Below are positions 37,089 to 46,974 of a stretch of 64,000 nucleotides of DNA, one piece after another (position 1 is the stretch's first letter; each line of letters starts with the position of its first letter). The stretch lies in IMG/VR virus record IMGVR_UViG_3300022902_000006; one strand, written 5' to 3'. The notes under the pieces were generated by a model. The model did no database searches. It was given only the letters and a program-made list of their open reading frames with translations, and was not told the DNA's origin. The translations under genes were made by a program, and so were the position numbers. This stretch comes from a virus.

Positions 37089-38807
37089 ATGATTGAATCA
37101 CTTTATCGGAAAAACGCATCGCACCCTAACCCCGTGTTCGACTTCATGACGGGGTATGTTCCGCGCCAACTACGCGACCTGTTCATGTGGATGGAGTACA
37201 TCTACTTCAACAGCGCTCAAATATCCGCCGCTCTGAAGAAGTTTTCGGAGTACCCCATCACGGACATCTCGTACGAGACGCAGAACGCCAAGCTGACTGG
37301 GCGCGTCAAGGAGCTGCTGGAAGATACACTCAACGTCAAGGACACCCTCATCTTGGCGGGACGAGATCGTTGGATCTACGGTAACTGCTTCCTTTCCATT
37401 TACCAGCCATTCGCTCGGTTTTTGAAGTGCCCTTCCTGCGGAAAAATCACGAACATCAATCACGTGAACTACCGCTTCCGTTTCAAGAGCCTCGCCTTCC
37501 GATACAAGTGTACCAAGTGCAAAGGCGAAGTAGATGGGCAGGTACGCGACCGCAAGCTGACTGACCCCACCCGCGTCAACATTATCAGGTGGGACCCGAA
37601 GCAAATGGACATCGACTGGAACCCCATCACAGGGGAATCCGAGTATTACTACAACATCCCGTCTGACCTTCGCGACAGGGTACAGAAGGGGAACAAGTTG
37701 CTCCTCAACACCATGCCCATGTCGTTCTTGCGCGCCATCCGTGACAACAAGATGTACAAGTTCTCCAAGGACTTCTTGTTCCACATGAAGGTTGCGCCCC
37801 CGGCGGGAATCGATCAGCACTGGGGCTTCCCACCCCTCACCCCCGCCATGAAGCTCTTCTTTTACGTCATGACGCTCCGCAAGGCGAACGAGGCAATCGC
37901 GCTAGATTACCTAGTGCCTTACCGTGTCCTCTCCCCAGCGCAGCGCATGGCTAGTGGTGATCCCGTTCAGAGTATCAGCCTGGCCAACTTCTTCAGTGAG
38001 ATTACCGCTGGCATGTCTCGCTGGCGGCGTGACCCGCTGGAGATCATGACATCACCCGTCCCCGTCGAGCTGTCACAGATAGGAGGCAACGGACGTGCAC
38101 TACTCACACTCGGGGAGGTCAAGGACGCGGAGGACTCTATCATCGCTGCCCTCGGCATCCCCCGGGAGTTCATCTACGGTGGCCTGTCGTTCACCGGGTC
38201 AGCCATTACGTTGCGCATGTTGGAGAACCAGCTCCTGACCTACACATCGGAGCTGAACGGCCTCCTACAGTGGATCACCAATCGCTGCTGCAAGATGCTG
38301 GGCTGGCAGACTGTTCGTGTGTCACTCACCGAGTTCAAGCTCATCGACGATGTGCAGCAGAAGCAGCTCATGCTCAACCTGAACCAAGGTGGACAGGGCA
38401 TCATTTCGAACACCACCATCGCGGAGACCAACGACTTCGACTTGAAGAAAGAGCGTTCCCGGCGACGACAAGAGGCTCTCGACGAGGTCCGCTTTCAGCA
38501 CGACCTACAACTGGAAACCATGAAGCTCCAAAACTCCCTGGCACACCAGACGCAGCAGCAGGCCAACATGGGCCAGGGCCTCACGTACGATCAGCAAGCA
38601 GTCATCGCTGCCGCTGACCAAACCGTGCAACAGCTCATGGGGCTGGACGCGGGTTCGCGGAAGAGTCAACTGCACGCCCTCCAAGTGGAAGACTTCGTGC
38701 TGTACTCCGTCGTCATCCAGCGCTTGGAGGAGATACAAACACAACAAGCACAGCAGGCTCGAAGTCAGGGTCAAGGCCAGGGCGGTGGCCAGGGCGGAGG
38801 TATGTAA
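37089..38807 (+). CDS. Probable portal protein with zinc-ribbon insertion
   Basis: Portal-like size and helical pattern (D..IYGNCF, WDPKQM, WGFP, LRKANEAIA); CPSC...CTKC insert; first gene of the head cluster. Confidence 0.62.
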   Translation: MIESLYRKNASHPNPVFDFMTGYVPRQLRDLFMWMEYIYFNSAQISAALKKFSEYPITDISYETQNAKLTGRVKELLEDTLNVKDTLILAGRDRWIYGNCFLSIYQPFARFLKCPSCGKITNINHVNYRFRFKSLAFRYKCTKCKGEVDGQVRDRKLTDPTRVNIIRWDPKQMDIDWNPITGESEYYYNIPSDLRDRVQKGNKLLLNTMPMSFLRAIRDNKMYKFSKDFLFHMKVAPPAGIDQHWGFPPLTPAMKLFFYVMTLRKANEAIALDYLVPYRVLSPAQRMASGDPVQSISLANFFSEITAGMSRWRRDPLEIMTSPVPVELSQIGGNGRALLTLGEVKDAEDSIIAALGIPREFIYGGLSFTGSAITLRMLENQLLTYTSELNGLLQWITNRCCKMLGWQTVRVSLTEFKLIDDVQQKQLMLNLNQGGQGIISNTTIAETNDFDLKKERSRRRQEALDEVRFQHDLQLETMKLQNSLAHQTQQQANMGQGLTYDQQAVIAAADQTVQQLMGLDAGSRKSQLHALQVEDFVLYSVVIQRLEEIQTQQAQQARSQGQGQGGGQGGGM

Positions 38808-39314
38808 ATGGAACAGGGCAAAGGGAGCAGCTTCGCGGGTCTACTAAACGCCGCAGGGGAACTTCCGGAAAACCAAGGACAGGGGGCGAACGTTGATCTA
38901 CCCTCCGGTGCCATGGCGCTTGGCGGATTCCCTATCCCCGCCGATGAACCCGTGGTTAATGACCTCGCGCCCCCCGATAGCTTAGCTGACAAGGGGAAGA
39001 AGGGCATCCAAGGACTCCCGGAGTACAACCTCACCGCGCACATGGAACGCTTCGTCATGGGCACCGTGTGGGAAAAGCAAGAGCAGAGTGAAGAGGCAGG
39101 TGGGGGCTACAAAAACGTCCCCGTAGAGCGCGACGATTCAGCGGAGTACGAACGCATCATCAACATGATGCTCACCGGAGAGGCTGTACGCTCCTGGGAA
39201 GAACGCAATGTCCTGAAAGACGGGACCGTCATCGTCGCACTGTGCTACCTCATCAAAAAAGACAAACCCAGGAAAGACGCCAGCATCGCACCGACACACA
39301 CGCCTCCGTCCTGA
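38808..39314 (+). CDS. Hypothetical protein
   Basis: ATG abuts the portal stop codon. Confidence 0.55.
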   Translation: MEQGKGSSFAGLLNAAGELPENQGQGANVDLPSGAMALGGFPIPADEPVVNDLAPPDSLADKGKKGIQGLPEYNLTAHMERFVMGTVWEKQEQSEEAGGGYKNVPVERDDSAEYERIINMMLTGEAVRSWEERNVLKDGTVIVALCYLIKKDKPRKDASIAPTHTPPS

Positions 39315-39319
39315 GAGGT

Positions 39320-39347
39320 AAAAAGCAGCCCGGGGAAATCCCCGGGC
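39320..39347 (-). terminator. Rho-independent terminator
   Basis: GCCCGGGGA/TCCCCGGGC stem with TGCTTTTT downstream on the minus strand. Confidence 0.65.
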
Positions 39348-39391
39348 CACTCCATCAACCTGTTAACTGGCATGTACGCGACACCGTCGCC

Positions 39392-39433
39392 TTACAGCAC
39401 GATGATGAGCAGCAACAACGGCGCAATGCTCAT
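39392..39433 (-). CDS. Candidate 13-aa hydrophobic micropeptide MSIAPLLLLIIVL
   Basis: Strong SD AAGAAGGAGG 5 nt before ATG; lies between the 409-aa gene and the terminator. Confidence 0.35.
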   Translation of the reverse strand: MSIAPLLLLIIVL

Positions 39434-39477
39434 GCCTGCCTCCTTCTTGTAGATTGTTGAGATGGTGCGTGAGGGGC

Positions 39478-40707
39478 CTACTGCTGCACCTCGTCGGCGG
39501 TCTCGACGTCATCCTCCACCTGCACGTCGGCCTCGGGCGCAACCACCACCTCGGGGGCCGGGGCGTCGTCCTGCACCTTGACCTCCTCGGCCTCAGCCTC
39601 GGGCTCAGCGCCCTCCCCCACCTTGGTCGCGTCCTCATCCACCACAGCGTTGTTGCTGGGACGAAGAGCATCGGCCTGGGCATCGGCCTTGGCCTGAGCC
39701 TCCGCGCGAGCCTCGGCCAGGGGGTCCTTGGCCGGGGTCGGGGTGACCGGGGCCTTGCGCCGCTTGCCCTCGGGGGCGGGACGCTGCTGGGGCGAACCCA
39801 CATCCTCGGGGGACGCGGTGGCCACGTGGTTCGCCAGGGCCTTGTCGATGAGGGCGGGGATGCCCGCCTTCGTCTTGGCCGCGCCCTCCTTGAAGCCCGC
39901 CGCCTTGGCCTGGGTGAGGTTCTGCTGGTACTGCTTCTCGGTGAAAGTGACGGGCTTGCCGGGGGTGGGGCGCCCCTTGGCGCGCATGGACTCAGCCATG
40001 GTGGCGCCGAACGTTCCGACGCCGTGCTTCTTCTCGATGTCCAGGCAAGGCCGACAGAGACGATCGCCGGGACGATTCCGCTCGGAACCGTGCTTCTTGA
40101 CCAGACCCTCGATGCGGTACATCTTGGTCTCGACGAGGATCTTGCAGCGGGCACAGGGCTGGACGGACACGGTGGTCTCGCGCAAAGCCTTCCACACGGC
40201 CTTGACCTTCTTGGGCGTGTCGCACGTCTCGAACCGCTTGACCCAGTGCTCGGCGGCGTCGTCCATCACCTCACCCAACATCTCGGCGAGGTCGTTCATG
40301 TCGGGCTTGGTGCGCTCCATGGCGAGCAGCGCCACGAGGTTTTCACGCTGCACCTGGCCATTCAGGGGGATGTGCACACGAATCACGTGCTTCCGCTCAA
40401 CTTCGGTGAGCGGGGTGTGGAAGTACGCGCGGCCAGCCCCGTACTCGGGCGCGGGGGCCGTGACGTACTTGGTGCCCGGCACGCCGGGGATGGACCCGAT
40501 CTCGACCCAGTATTTCCAGTATTTGGCACAGACCTCTTCGAACGCAGCCAGCACGTCCTCATCGAAGCTGTAGCCCTGGGCGGCGAGAATCGCGAAGCCG
40601 TCATCACGCTGACCAGCGCGGTCGTTGGCGATGACAGTGAAGACGTCCTCGGGGAGGATGACCACCCCATTGGCGTCAAGCAGCAGCGACAGGTTCTTAC
40701 ATGTCAT
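39478..40707 (-). CDS. Hypothetical Zn-binding protein with acidic low-complexity tail
   Basis: CARC and CRPC pairs; very strong GC3 bias; SD GGAG. Confidence 0.65.
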   Translation of the reverse strand: MTCKNLSLLLDANGVVILPEDVFTVIANDRAGQRDDGFAILAAQGYSFDEDVLAAFEEVCAKYWKYWVEIGSIPGVPGTKYVTAPAPEYGAGRAYFHTPLTEVERKHVIRVHIPLNGQVQRENLVALLAMERTKPDMNDLAEMLGEVMDDAAEHWVKRFETCDTPKKVKAVWKALRETTVSVQPCARCKILVETKMYRIEGLVKKHGSERNRPGDRLCRPCLDIEKKHGVGTFGATMAESMRAKGRPTPGKPVTFTEKQYQQNLTQAKAAGFKEGAAKTKAGIPALIDKALANHVATASPEDVGSPQQRPAPEGKRRKAPVTPTPAKDPLAEARAEAQAKADAQADALRPSNNAVVDEDATKVGEGAEPEAEAEEVKVQDDAPAPEVVVAPEADVQVEDDVETADEVQQ

Positions 40708-40888
40708 TGGTACCTTCTCCTCAAACTTCCGTGGTTAGTTCTCCCGACGAAAAAGAAATCGTATGTGTGTACAGGTTGATTATCATGCCCGCAGAATCCT
40801 CCCAGTCGGGAGAAGCATGGGTGACCCTGGGGCACATTCTTATACCAAGACTCGCGCTTTATTTAGACTTTCGTCTATACTACCCAGC

Positions 40889-43800
40889 ATGGCACTGACA
40901 CCCGTACTCATTGATGCAAACACCAAGCGCGCCCAGATCCATAAGCGCGCGATTGAAGGTGTGCAAAATGTCTTCCCGTTCGTAGCAGGGGACGAGCACA
41001 CCTTCGACGTCGAGAACCTCAATGTGGACGAGCGGACCTACTCCTCTCGTCAACAGAAGGACGCGATGATGCGTGGCCGCACACTGCAAGAACCTCTGCG
41101 CGGTGACATCGTAATTCGCAACAAAAAAGGCAAGGTCGTCGATCGACAAAAGAACGCGGTCCTCGCTCAGCTCCCATTCTTCACCCCCCGGCATACCTTC
41201 ATCGTGGATGGCAACGAGTACAGCGTACCCCACCAGAAGCGCATCCGCCCCGGCGTTTATACCCGTGTACGTGGCAACGATGAACTGGAGGCCGCATTCA
41301 ACCTGGGCAAAGGAGAGAACTTCCGCGTACACATGAACCCTGAAAAGGGGCACCTCTTCATGCAGTACGGCTCAACGAACATCCCCCTGTATCCGGTGTT
41401 GAAGCGCCTCGGCGTACCCACCAGCCAGTTACAGCGCGCCTGGGGCAAAGGTGTCGTTGACGTAAACCGTGATGCCTTCGCCGCAAAAGATGTAGCGGCA
41501 GTTGACAAACTGTACGCTCGTCTCACCCCTGAGCACAGACTCGCTGACGCCCAAACCACAGAGGAGCGTATTGCCTCCATCCGTGAAAGCTACGAACACA
41601 CCTCCCTGGAGCCAGAAGTTACGCAGCGCACCCTGGGAAAAGCGTATGACCGTGTGACCCCCAACGTTCTCGTGGACGCATCCAAGAAACTCCTTGACGT
41701 CCACCGCAAAGGCATCGACGTCGATGACCGCGACAACCTGGCGGTCCAAACACTACACGGGGTGGACGACTTTATCCGGGAGCGCATCGAACTGGAAGGG
41801 AGAAACCTCACTCGCAAGGTGCGCATGAAGGCCCGAGGATCAGCGGCACCCAGAGTGGCGGAAGTCGTGCCCCCCTCCCCCTTTACGCGGTCTGTCCGAA
41901 ACTTCGTAACCACGTCGTCCCTGGCCTCCATCGGCGCCCAGATTAACCCCATCGAAATGATTGACAGCGCCATGCGTGTCACCTCCCTCGGGGAAGGGGG
42001 TATCGGATCAGAGCGCGCAGTGCCCGATGAAGCCCGGCGCCTGCACCACACGCACTTCGGTGTACTCGACCCAGCACGCACCCCTGAATCCTTCCGAGCG
42101 GGCATTGACCTCCGTGCTGCGCTTTGGACAAGCAAAGACGAGAAGGGGCGCATCCATACCAAGATGCACGACGTACGTAAGGGTAAGCTCCGCGACGTCC
42201 CTGTTGACACCCTCGAAGGATCAACCATCGCATTTCATGGGGAAGGGAAGAAAAGGTACGGCGTCTCCGCCATGCGCAAAGGGGAACTAGTCTCTGTCCC
42301 TCGCAGCCAGGTGGACTACGCAGTCCCGCACGCCAACTTCCTCTACAGCCCGGCGACGACGTTGGTACCTTTCATCGAATCCTCACAAGGCAACCGCGTC
42401 CTCATGGGTGGCAAAATGGCGACCCAGGCACTGCCCCTGCTTGAGCGGGAGGAGCCTTACATCCAGGCAGAATCGTACAATCAAGGCCGCACCATGGAGC
42501 AGGAGATGGCCCAGCTCGTGGTGCCCACATCCCCCGTCAACGGGGAGGTGGCCAAGGTAGACCAAGACTACATCTACATCCGCCCTAACGGCACGAAGAC
42601 GGGCAGTTCCGAACTGGAACTCGCACCCATCGAGCACGCCTGGACTGCGAAGGAAGGATCCGAGTGTTGTGATGTTTGCTCCAGCTCCGCCACGACTCGG
42701 GTATTGTGGGCAGAGGGCCACGGATACATCCCCGCGTGTGAGAAACACAAGGAAGAGATTGCTGAGTCGAAGGGGGACGACTTCTCTGGCTTCAAACCCT
42801 TTCCCCACGACAAGCAAGCGTCTGGTGCGACGCTCGTCCGCGTACCTTACGACACCGACTACCCACTGTCTTCCAAGACGCGGCTACACAACACCGTGAC
42901 CGTCAAGAAGGGGGATAAGGTGCGGACCAACCAACACCTGGCGGAGTCCAACTTCACGCGCAATGGGCGCATGGCACTGGGCCGCAACATGAACGTAGGC
43001 TACCTCGCGTACTACGGACTGAACACCAACGACGCCGTGGTGGTCTCTGAAACCGCCGCACAGAAGCTCACCAGCGAACACATGTACAAAGAAGCGCTGG
43101 CCCTCGACACCGACATCACGCTGAACAAGAAAAAGCACCGGATGATCTACGGGACACGCTGGACCGCAGCGCAGTACGATAACCTGGACAACCAAGGCAT
43201 CGCAAAACCAGGTGCCACCGTACACCCGGGTGACCCCATCATCCTGGCCCTTCGCAAGGCCGCGCCCTCTCCCGAGCAACAGATGTTGGGGCGTCTCCAC
43301 AAGACACTGGCCACCCCCTTCCGCGAGCAAGCGGTAACCTGGGACCACAAGTCTCCAGGCACCATCGCCGAGGTGGTTGCAACCGGGACTCGCATCCTGG
43401 TCACGGTCAAGACCAACGAGCCCGCATCCATCGGTGATAAGCTCGCGGGGCGCTACGGTAATAAGGGTGTCATCTCCCACATCCTCCCCGATGACGTAAT
43501 GGTGCAGACCCCAGACGGGAAGCCTCTGGACATCCTGATGCCCCCAACAGGGGTCAACAGCCGCGTCAACCCTGCCCAAGTGTTGGAGACGGCGCTCGCC
43601 AAGGTGGCGCGCAAAACAGGGGAACCCATCGCTGTAGGTCCGTCCTCACAAAACAACGTCACGATGGTGCGCGCCGCACTCAAGAAGCACGGACTCACTG
43701 ACAAAGAGGTGCTGTTCAACCCCCGCACTGGGAAACATATCAAGGGGCCAGATGGCCGAGGTGTCATGGTTGGGCCGCAGTACACCTACAAGCTGGCCAA

Positions 43801-45472
43801 GTCTACCGACACCAACTACTCCGCTCGTGGCATAGATAGTTACGACGTAAATCAGCAGCCATCCAAGGGTGGATCCGACGGTGCCAAGGCTCTGGGGCGC
43901 ATGGAGATGAACGCCCTGTTGAGCCACAACGCTCGCAACGTGGTCAAGGAATCCGCCACTGTCAAGAGCAGCCACAACGACGAGTTCTGGCGCGCGTACC
44001 AGCTCGGACAACCCCTCCCTGCTCTCCAGGAGCCGTTCGTCGCAAAGAAGTTCACTGCTATGCTGCAGGGGGCAGGCATCCGTGTGGACAAGGGAGATGA
44101 ACAAGTAACTCTCGGGCCGCTGACCGACCCTGACATCACACGCCTCTCGTCGGGCCGCGTCGAAAAGCCCACCATGCTGCGCGAGCGTGACCTCGCACCC
44201 GAGAAGGGGGGCTTGTTTGACCCCGTCGTAACTGGGGGTTCTCAAGGGGAACGCTGGTCTCACATCAACCTATCCGAACCCATCGTCAACCCCTCCTTCG
44301 CTGACCCTGTACGTCGGATGTTGGGAATGACGGTCAAGCAGTATCGCGCCACGATTGGTACGGAGGGCGGGCGTGGCATCCAGTCCCGTCTCGCAGGTCT
44401 CAACATGCGCCAGCGAGAACAGGACCTCATCGCTACCACGCGCACTGCGACAGGAGCCAACCTCGACAACGCAGTGAAGCAGCTCAAGGCTGTGCGTGCC
44501 CTACGCAAAGAAGGGCTCACCCCCGACAAAGCCTACGTCTTGTCCAAGGTTCCCGTGGTGCCCCCGACCGTGCGCCCCATCCTCCCCTCACGCGGTGGGC
44601 GTGACATGCTCATCGCTGACGCCAACTACCTGTACCGCGACACCATGTTGGCGAACGACGCTCTCCGCGACGCCAAGAAGGTACTTCCTGATGAAGCCAT
44701 CGGTGACGCCCGCCGCCACCTACACGATGCGGTGGGTGCGACCTTCGGCCTCAACGACCCCGTGAGCCCATCCATCAAGGCCAGGGGCGCGAAGGGCTTC
44801 ATTACCACCATCGCCGGACAGGGGAGCCCGAAGCGAGGCTTCTTCCACTCTCGTGTCATGTACCGCCCCCAGGACTTGTCGGGACGCGGGACCGTTGCTC
44901 CAGACCTCACCCTCAACATGGATGAGATCGGTGTGCCAGAAGAGATGCTGTGGACCACCTACGGCCCCCACATCGTCAGACGCCTGGTACAGAATGGGTA
45001 CCCCGCGATGCAGGCCAAGGAGATGATCGAACAACGACACCCTTCTGCCAAGAACGCACTCGATGCAGAAATCAAGGAGCGCCCTGTCTTCGTGAACCGC
45101 GCACCCACGCTACACCGCCACGGCATGATCGGCGCGTACCCCATCCCCGTTCCAGGCAAAACCATCCGTGTGAACCCCTTCATGGAAAAGGGCATGAACA
45201 TGGACTACGACGGCGACACCCTCCAGCTCCATGTCCCGGTGCTGCATGAAGCAGTACAAGAAGTGAAGGGCATGACGCTGTCCAATCTCCTGTTCGGAGA
45301 CCGCACCAAGTCCGACCTGTTGATCTTCCCCCAGCACGAGGCTGTGCTCGGAATCCACATGGGCACGCAGCCGGGGAAGGGTCGCGCCAAGAAGTTCAAG
45401 AGCCCCGGCGAAGCCATCAAGGCGTTCAATAAGGGGGACCTGGACTTGATGGACTCGGTACTGATCGACTAG
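40889..45472 (+). CDS. rpoBC: Multisubunit RNA polymerase, beta fused to the N-terminal half of beta' (catalytic subunit)
   Basis: Beta motifs RTPES, NRVLMGGKMATQALPL, GDKLAGRYGNKG and QQPSKGG...GRMEMNAL. Beta' motifs PVVPPTVRP, NRAPTLHR and active site NMDYDGD. ATG 40889 lies 7 nt after TATACT. Confidence 0.93.
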   Translation: MALTPVLIDANTKRAQIHKRAIEGVQNVFPFVAGDEHTFDVENLNVDERTYSSRQQKDAMMRGRTLQEPLRGDIVIRNKKGKVVDRQKNAVLAQLPFFTPRHTFIVDGNEYSVPHQKRIRPGVYTRVRGNDELEAAFNLGKGENFRVHMNPEKGHLFMQYGSTNIPLYPVLKRLGVPTSQLQRAWGKGVVDVNRDAFAAKDVAAVDKLYARLTPEHRLADAQTTEERIASIRESYEHTSLEPEVTQRTLGKAYDRVTPNVLVDASKKLLDVHRKGIDVDDRDNLAVQTLHGVDDFIRERIELEGRNLTRKVRMKARGSAAPRVAEVVPPSPFTRSVRNFVTTSSLASIGAQINPIEMIDSAMRVTSLGEGGIGSERAVPDEARRLHHTHFGVLDPARTPESFRAGIDLRAALWTSKDEKGRIHTKMHDVRKGKLRDVPVDTLEGSTIAFHGEGKKRYGVSAMRKGELVSVPRSQVDYAVPHANFLYSPATTLVPFIESSQGNRVLMGGKMATQALPLLEREEPYIQAESYNQGRTMEQEMAQLVVPTSPVNGEVAKVDQDYIYIRPNGTKTGSSELELAPIEHAWTAKEGSECCDVCSSSATTRVLWAEGHGYIPACEKHKEEIAESKGDDFSGFKPFPHDKQASGATLVRVPYDTDYPLSSKTRLHNTVTVKKGDKVRTNQHLAESNFTRNGRMALGRNMNVGYLAYYGLNTNDAVVVSETAAQKLTSEHMYKEALALDTDITLNKKKHRMIYGTRWTAAQYDNLDNQGIAKPGATVHPGDPIILALRKAAPSPEQQMLGRLHKTLATPFREQAVTWDHKSPGTIAEVVATGTRILVTVKTNEPASIGDKLAGRYGNKGVISHILPDDVMVQTPDGKPLDILMPPTGVNSRVNPAQVLETALAKVARKTGEPIAVGPSSQNNVTMVRAALKKHGLTDKEVLFNPRTGKHIKGPDGRGVMVGPQYTYKLAKSTDTNYSARGIDSYDVNQQPSKGGSDGAKALGRMEMNALLSHNARNVVKESATVKSSHNDEFWRAYQLGQPLPALQEPFVAKKFTAMLQGAGIRVDKGDEQVTLGPLTDPDITRLSSGRVEKPTMLRERDLAPEKGGLFDPVVTGGSQGERWSHINLSEPIVNPSFADPVRRMLGMTVKQYRATIGTEGGRGIQSRLAGLNMRQREQDLIATTRTATGANLDNAVKQLKAVRALRKEGLTPDKAYVLSKVPVVPPTVRPILPSRGGRDMLIADANYLYRDTMLANDALRDAKKVLPDEAIGDARRHLHDAVGATFGLNDPVSPSIKARGAKGFITTIAGQGSPKRGFFHSRVMYRPQDLSGRGTVAPDLTLNMDEIGVPEEMLWTTYGPHIVRRLVQNGYPAMQAKEMIEQRHPSAKNALDAEIKERPVFVNRAPTLHRHGMIGAYPIPVPGKTIRVNPFMEKGMNMDYDGDTLQLHVPVLHEAVQEVKGMTLSNLLFGDRTKSDLLIFPQHEAVLGIHMGTQPGKGRAKKFKSPGEAIKAFNKGDLDLMDSVLID

Positions 45473-45501
45473 GATGTAACCACACTGCTGGAGACACCCC
45501 C

Positions 45502-46002
45502 GTGAAAACTGCACAAGCCCTTGGCGTACGCGCTGCACTAATGAAGCTCGGCGCAGACCTACCCACCAATCAACGCGAGAACGCGTACCAACACTCCGAC
45601 AACTTTCTGGGCATGTCCGGCGAGTTCCTGCCCAAGGTGACCGGGACCATCGGGGGCGCGAGCGCGGGCGCTGCGGTAGGGGCTGGCCTGGGTGGTGGTG
45701 CTGGGATACTCGCCAGCCTCCTCAGTCGTGGGCGAATTCCAGGTGCTGCCGCTGGCGCTGGTGCCTTGCTCGGCGGCGCAGCGGGAACGGGCCTGGGTGC
45801 CATGTCCGGGTACCAAACGGGCAAGAATGAGGGGCGTGCCAACCGTTACATGGCCGAACGCGGCCTACACCGAGAGCGTGGGTTGGAGCGGCACGACAGG
45901 CTCCACGAGCTGCGAAATAAACACCCCGCGTTCAACACGAAGTTTCGCCAGATTATGTTGGGTGGGTCCACCCCAGCACCCGCCTCCCCTCCTACACCGT
46001 AG
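45502..46002 (+). CDS. Gly/Ala-rich putative virion protein
   Basis: MKTAQALG...MKLGA leader; Gly-Ala hydrophobic segment. Confidence 0.55.
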   Translation: MKTAQALGVRAALMKLGADLPTNQRENAYQHSDNFLGMSGEFLPKVTGTIGGASAGAAVGAGLGGGAGILASLLSRGRIPGAAAGAGALLGGAAGTGLGAMSGYQTGKNEGRANRYMAERGLHRERGLERHDRLHELRNKHPAFNTKFRQIMLGGSTPAPASPPTP

Positions 46003-46028
46003 AGCACGGTTGAATAAAAGAATTCGCA

Positions 46029-46040
46029 GACCTATACTTG
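46029..46040 (+). promoter_or_regulatory. Conserved promoter-like motif GACCTATACTTG
   Basis: Identical 12-mer at 50978 and a variant at 61761; all intergenic and upstream of head genes. Confidence 0.6.
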
Positions 46041-46066
46041 CTTCGTAAAGTTTCCCGGAGAAATGT

Positions 46067-46501
46067 ATGTCCCATATCGACACTGCGTATCATCTCGGCG
46101 CTCTTGCTGCCCAGGAAAAAATTGCGGAGGAAGAGAAGAAGGGCTTCACGCTAATTGAAGCGCTGATCCTCGCGGGGGGTATCGGAGTTCCCGCCGCATA
46201 CATGGGGAATCGGGCAGCAACCGCAGACCGCGAACCCGTTTCAATGGGGCGGCGCGCTCTGAGAGGAGCGGCCACGGGCACCGCTGGTGTACTCGGCGGA
46301 GCGTTCGGCGGGGGCATGGGTGCCTGGGCCGGGTCCCATCTCCCTGGACGCCTCCAAGCGCCCGGAGCCATGCTCGGTGGTCTCGCAGGTGCCATCGGCG
46401 GGGGCTACATAGGGGGACACACCGCTGGAGACCAGCTAACTCCTGGTGCTGCACCCAAACCACCAGCACCACCACAACCAACACCACCACAAGGAACCTA
46501 A
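46067..46501 (+). CDS. Small Gly-rich virion protein with MSHxDTAYxLG leader
   Basis: N-terminus paralogous to the next gene; EKIA motif. Confidence 0.6.
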   Translation: MSHIDTAYHLGALAAQEKIAEEEKKGFTLIEALILAGGIGVPAAYMGNRAATADREPVSMGRRALRGAATGTAGVLGGAFGGGMGAWAGSHLPGRLQAPGAMLGGLAGAIGGGYIGGHTAGDQLTPGAAPKPPAPPQPTPPQGT

Positions 46502-46504
46502 GCC

Positions 46505-46957
46505 ATGTCCCATCTTGATACCGCATACCGTCTCGGTGCCCTTGTGGCCCAAGAGAAGTTCGCAGCAGAAGAGCAAGCTGCACTCGAACAAGCACAAGGT
46601 ACCCCGCCCCAGGAAGATCCGAGCATGCTCGCCCAGATCTCTCAGCTCGCCCAGACCCCCGAAGGTATGGGCGGCGCGGCGGGCGGCGTGGGCGGCGCAG
46701 CAGCAGCGGGTAGCGCGGCGGGTCTCGGCCTGCGCGGCAGCAGCATGAGCCCCAAGGCGAAGGCTGCGCTGATCGTCGCCAGCGTTCTGGGTGGTGGAGC
46801 AGCAGGCGGTGTGGGAGGCGCAGCAGCAGGTAACGCCCTCGCCCCTCCGCCCCCAGCACCGCCCGCACCCCCGACACCCGCGCCTGAGCCAAGCGCCATC
46901 GAGAAGCTCAAGGGCATGTTCGGCGGCGGCACACCGGCAGCAGCACCACCCCAGTAG
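46505..46957 (+). CDS. Small Gly/Ala/Pro-rich virion protein with MSHxDTAYxLG leader
   Basis: EKFA motif; leader paralogous to gene 46067. Confidence 0.6.
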   Translation: MSHLDTAYRLGALVAQEKFAAEEQAALEQAQGTPPQEDPSMLAQISQLAQTPEGMGGAAGGVGGAAAAGSAAGLGLRGSSMSPKAKAALIVASVLGGGAAGGVGGAAAGNALAPPPPAPPAPPTPAPEPSAIEKLKGMFGGGTPAAAPPQ

Positions 46958-46974
46958 TCCCCGCACCTGATGCG

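Noticed and set aside
42596-42820. RNAP insertion as an intein
   Set aside because: It is too short and lacks the intein N-terminal block and the C-terminal His-Asn.
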